From: the human T2T-CHM13v2.0 reference genome, Homo sapiens
DNA: 64,000 nucleotides
Assembly: GCF_009914755.1 (NCBI RefSeq)
Contig: NC_060930.1
Direction: 5' to 3' (one strand)
The notes under the pieces were generated by a model. The model did not search any database, had not been told where the DNA came from, and worked only from the letters and a program-made list of their open reading frames with translations. The position numbers were made by a program, and so were the translations under genes. Within the stretch, counting starts at the first letter, position 1; every line of letters begins with the position of its first letter. Below, one piece after another: positions 61,321-64,000 of the stretch.

Positions 61321-64000
61321 GGATCCTTCCTTTTGATAGAGCAGTTTTGAAACCCTGTTTTTGTAGTATTTCCAAGCGGATATTTGGAACGCCTTGAAGC
61401 GTATGGTAGAAAAGGAAATATCTTCCCATAAAACCTAGACAGAACCAATCTCAGAAACGACTTTGTGATGTCTGCATTCAAGTCACAGAGTTGAACATTT
61501 CTCTTGATAGAGCAGTTTTGAAACCCTCTTTCTGAAGGATCTGCAAGTGGATATTTGGAACTCCTTTGGGTCTTCGTTGGAAACGGGATTTCTTCGTACA
61601 AATCTAGACAGAAGAATTCTCCGAAACTTCTTTGGTTGTGTGCATTCAAGTCACAGAGTGGAACCTTCCTTTGGATAGAGCAGTTTGAAACGCCGTGGTT
61701 GTAGTATTTCCAAGCGGATATTAGAGCGCCTTGAGGCCTATGGTAGAAAAGGAAATATCTTCCCATAAATCCTAGACGGAAGCAATCTCAGAAACTACTG
61801 TGTGATGGCTGCATTCCACACACACGGTGGAACATTTCTCTTGATAGAGCAGTTTTGAAACACTCTTTCTGTAGAATCTGCAAGTGGATAATTGGACCGC
61901 CTTGAGGCCTTCGTTGGAAACGGGATTTCTTCATGTTACTCTAGATAGAAGAATTCTCAAACACTGCTATGTGATGTTTGCATTCAAGTCACAGAGTGCA
62001 ACATTCCTCTTGGTAGAGCAGTTGGGAAACACTCCTTTTGTAGAATCTGCAATGGGATATTTGGACTTCTTTGAGGCCTTCGTTGGAAACGGGATTTCTT
62101 CGTATGAATCTAGACAGAAGAATTCTCAGAAACTTCCTTGTGATGTGTGCATTCAACTCAGCGAGTGGCACCTTCCTTTGGATACAGCAGTTTTGAAACA
62201 CTGTTTTTGTAGTATTTCCAAGCGGATATTTAGAGCGCCTTGAAGCCTATGCTAGAAATGGAAATATCTCCCCATAAAACCAAGACAGAAGCAATCTCAG
62301 AAACTAATGTGTGATGGCTGCATTCCACACACACGGTGGACCATTTCTCTTGATAGAGCAGTTTTGAAACACTCTTTCTGTAGAATCTGCAAGTGGATAA
62401 TTGGACCTCCTAGAGGCCTTCGTTGGAAACGGGATTTCTTCATCTAAACCTAGAGAGAAGAATTCTCAGTAACTTCTTCGGATGTGTGCATTCGACTCAC
62501 AGAATGGAACATTCCCTTTGATAGAGCAGTTTTGAGACACCGTTTTTGTAGAATTCCCAAGTGGATATTTAGAGCACTTTGAAGTCTCTGCTAGAAAAGG
62601 AAACATCTTCATGTAAAAAGTAGATAGAATCGTTCTCAGAAAGTGCTTAGTGACGTGTGCGTTCAACTCACAGAGTTTAACGTTTCTTTTGATAGAGCGT
62701 TTCTGAAACACCCTTCTTGTAGTAGCTGCAAGTGGATATTTGGACCTATTGGAGGCCTTCTTTGGAAATGGGATTTCTTCATGTAACTCTAGATTAAAGA
62801 GTTCTCAGAAACTCCTTTGTGATGTGTGCATTCAATTCAAAGAGTGAAACCTCCCTTTTCACAGAGCAGTTTTGAAACACTGTTTTTGTAGGATTTCCAA
62901 GGGGATATTTATAGCGCATTGAGCCTACGGCGGAAAAAGAAACATCTTCCTATAAAAACTAGACAGAATACTTCTCAGAATCTGCTTTGCGATGTGTGCG
63001 TTCAACTCACAGAGTAAAACTTTTCTTTTGATAGAGCAGTTTTGAAACACTCTTTTTGTAGTATTTGCATGTGTATATTTAGAGCGCATTGAAGCCCACA
63101 GTAGAAAAGGAAATAACTTCACCTAAAACCTAGACAGAAGCAATCTCAGAAACTACTTTGTGATGTGTACATTCAACTCACAGAGTGGAACTTTCCTCTT
63201 TATAGAGCAGTGTTGAAACACTCTTTTTGTAGAAACTGCAAGTGGATATTTGGACCTCTTTGAGGCCTTCGTTGGAAACGGGATTTCTTCCTATAACCCT
63301 AGACAGAAGAATTTTCAGAAACCTCATTGTGATGTGTGCGTTCATCTCACAGAGTGGAGTCTTCCGTTTGATAGAGAAGTTTTGAAACCCTGTTCTTGTA
63401 GGATTTCCAAGTGGATATTTAGACCACTTTGAAGCCTATGATAGAAAAGGAAACATCTTCATGGAAAACATAGATAGAATCATCCTCAGAAACAACTTTG
63501 TGATGTGTGCGTTGAACTCACCGTCTTTAACCTTTCTTTTGGTAGAGAAGTTTTGAAACACTCTCTTTGTAAAGTCTACAAGTGGATATTTTGAGCCCTT
63601 GGAGGCATTCTTTGGAAAAGGGAATGTCTTCACATAAAAGGCAGACGGAAGTGTTCTCAGAAACTGCTTTGTGATGTCTGTGTTCAACTCACAGAGTTTA
63701 ACATTTCCTTTGATAGAGCGGTTTAGTAACCCTCTCTTTGTAGAATTTGGAAGTGTATACTAAGAGCGCTTTGAGGCCTATGGTAGAAAAGGAAATATCT
63801 TTCCATAAAAGCTAGACAGAAGCAATCTCAGAAACTCCTCTGTGATGTCTGCATTCAACTCACCGAGTGGAACATTCCTCTTGAGAGAGCAGTTTGGAAA
63901 CACTCTTTCTGTAGAATCAGCTTGTTTGTATTTGGACCTCCTTGAGGCCTTCGTTGGAAACGGGTTTTCATCTTATAAACCCAGACAGAAGAATTCTCAG
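61321..64000 (+). repeat. Partial canonical 18-mer HOR (right edge)
   Basis: Contains the three monomers absent from the 15-mers (~61620-62125); landmark spacing 60193 to 63250 = 3057. Confidence 0.93.

Larger units (their letters stand above)
1..64000 (+). repeat. Alpha-satellite centromeric HOR array, probably human chr6 D6Z1 (S1C6H1L), with an 18-mer canonical HOR and 15-mer deletion variants
   Basis: Seen: ~171-bp monomers with alphoid motifs (ttctcagaaac...gtgatgtgtgcattcaactcacagag...ttgatagagcagttttgaaacact...tggatattt), CENP-B boxes cttcgttggaaacggga, an exact 3057-bp period and one GGATCC per unit (2693, 5750, 8807, ... 61321). Knowledge: D6Z1 is an 18-monomer, ~3-kb BamHI repeat of family SF1. 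The chromosome assignment is an inference (~0.85); the alpha-satellite call is essentially certain. Confidence 0.97.

Noticed and set aside
199-63687. Recurrent 60-207 aa ORFs on both strands (e.g. 2515-3138, 207 aa; 199-558, 119 aa)
   Set aside because: They are translations of alphoid monomers. They recur at the HOR period, are internally repetitive (FQNCSIKR, EAFVGNGISSY is the CENP-B box region), often use non-ATG starts, are cut by the deletions and resemble no protein family I recognise. I used them only as positional and SNV markers.
17978-64000. Possibility that the 18/15 order is a programmed or strictly periodic code
   Set aside because: The order is aperiodic overall and is explained by nested tandem duplications traced with SNVs.
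1-64000. Hidden mobile element, non-satellite insert, inversion or novel coding system
   Set aside because: Every interval is accounted for by monomers at exact HOR spacing on one strand, leaving no unexplained sequence. Centromeric ncRNA transcription is known in general but cannot be located from sequence alone.

Overview
The whole 64-kb window is one uninterrupted, single-orientation primate alpha-satellite higher-order repeat (HOR) array. I see no genes, RNA genes, transposons or CRISPR arrays, and every ORF in the track is a by-product of the repeat. The canonical unit is 3057 bp: 18 monomers of 166-171 bp, 7 intact and 2 degenerate CENP-B boxes, and one BamHI site. This fits the human chromosome 6 centromeric array D6Z1 (S1C6H1L, suprachromosomal family 1), an assignment made from unit size and BamHI periodicity, not from a search. 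Cutting at BamHI gives 21 complete units: ten 18-mers (3057 bp), ten 15-mers of type a (2551 bp) and one 15-mer of type b (2548 bp), with partial 18-mers at both ends. The order is 18x6, 15b, 15a, 15a, 18, 15a, 15a, 18, 18, 15a, 15a, 15a, 18, 15a, 18, 15a, 15a, 18. I found no new coding system. The interesting content is the array's readable history: two different 3-monomer deletions through the same internal paralogy, a sharp haplotype boundary at about 18.5 kb, SNV-defined super-HOR duplications (5608-bp and 8159-bp periods), probable gene-conversion tracts, and CpG decay concentrated in an already dead CENP-B box. SNV calls were read by eye and may be incomplete.
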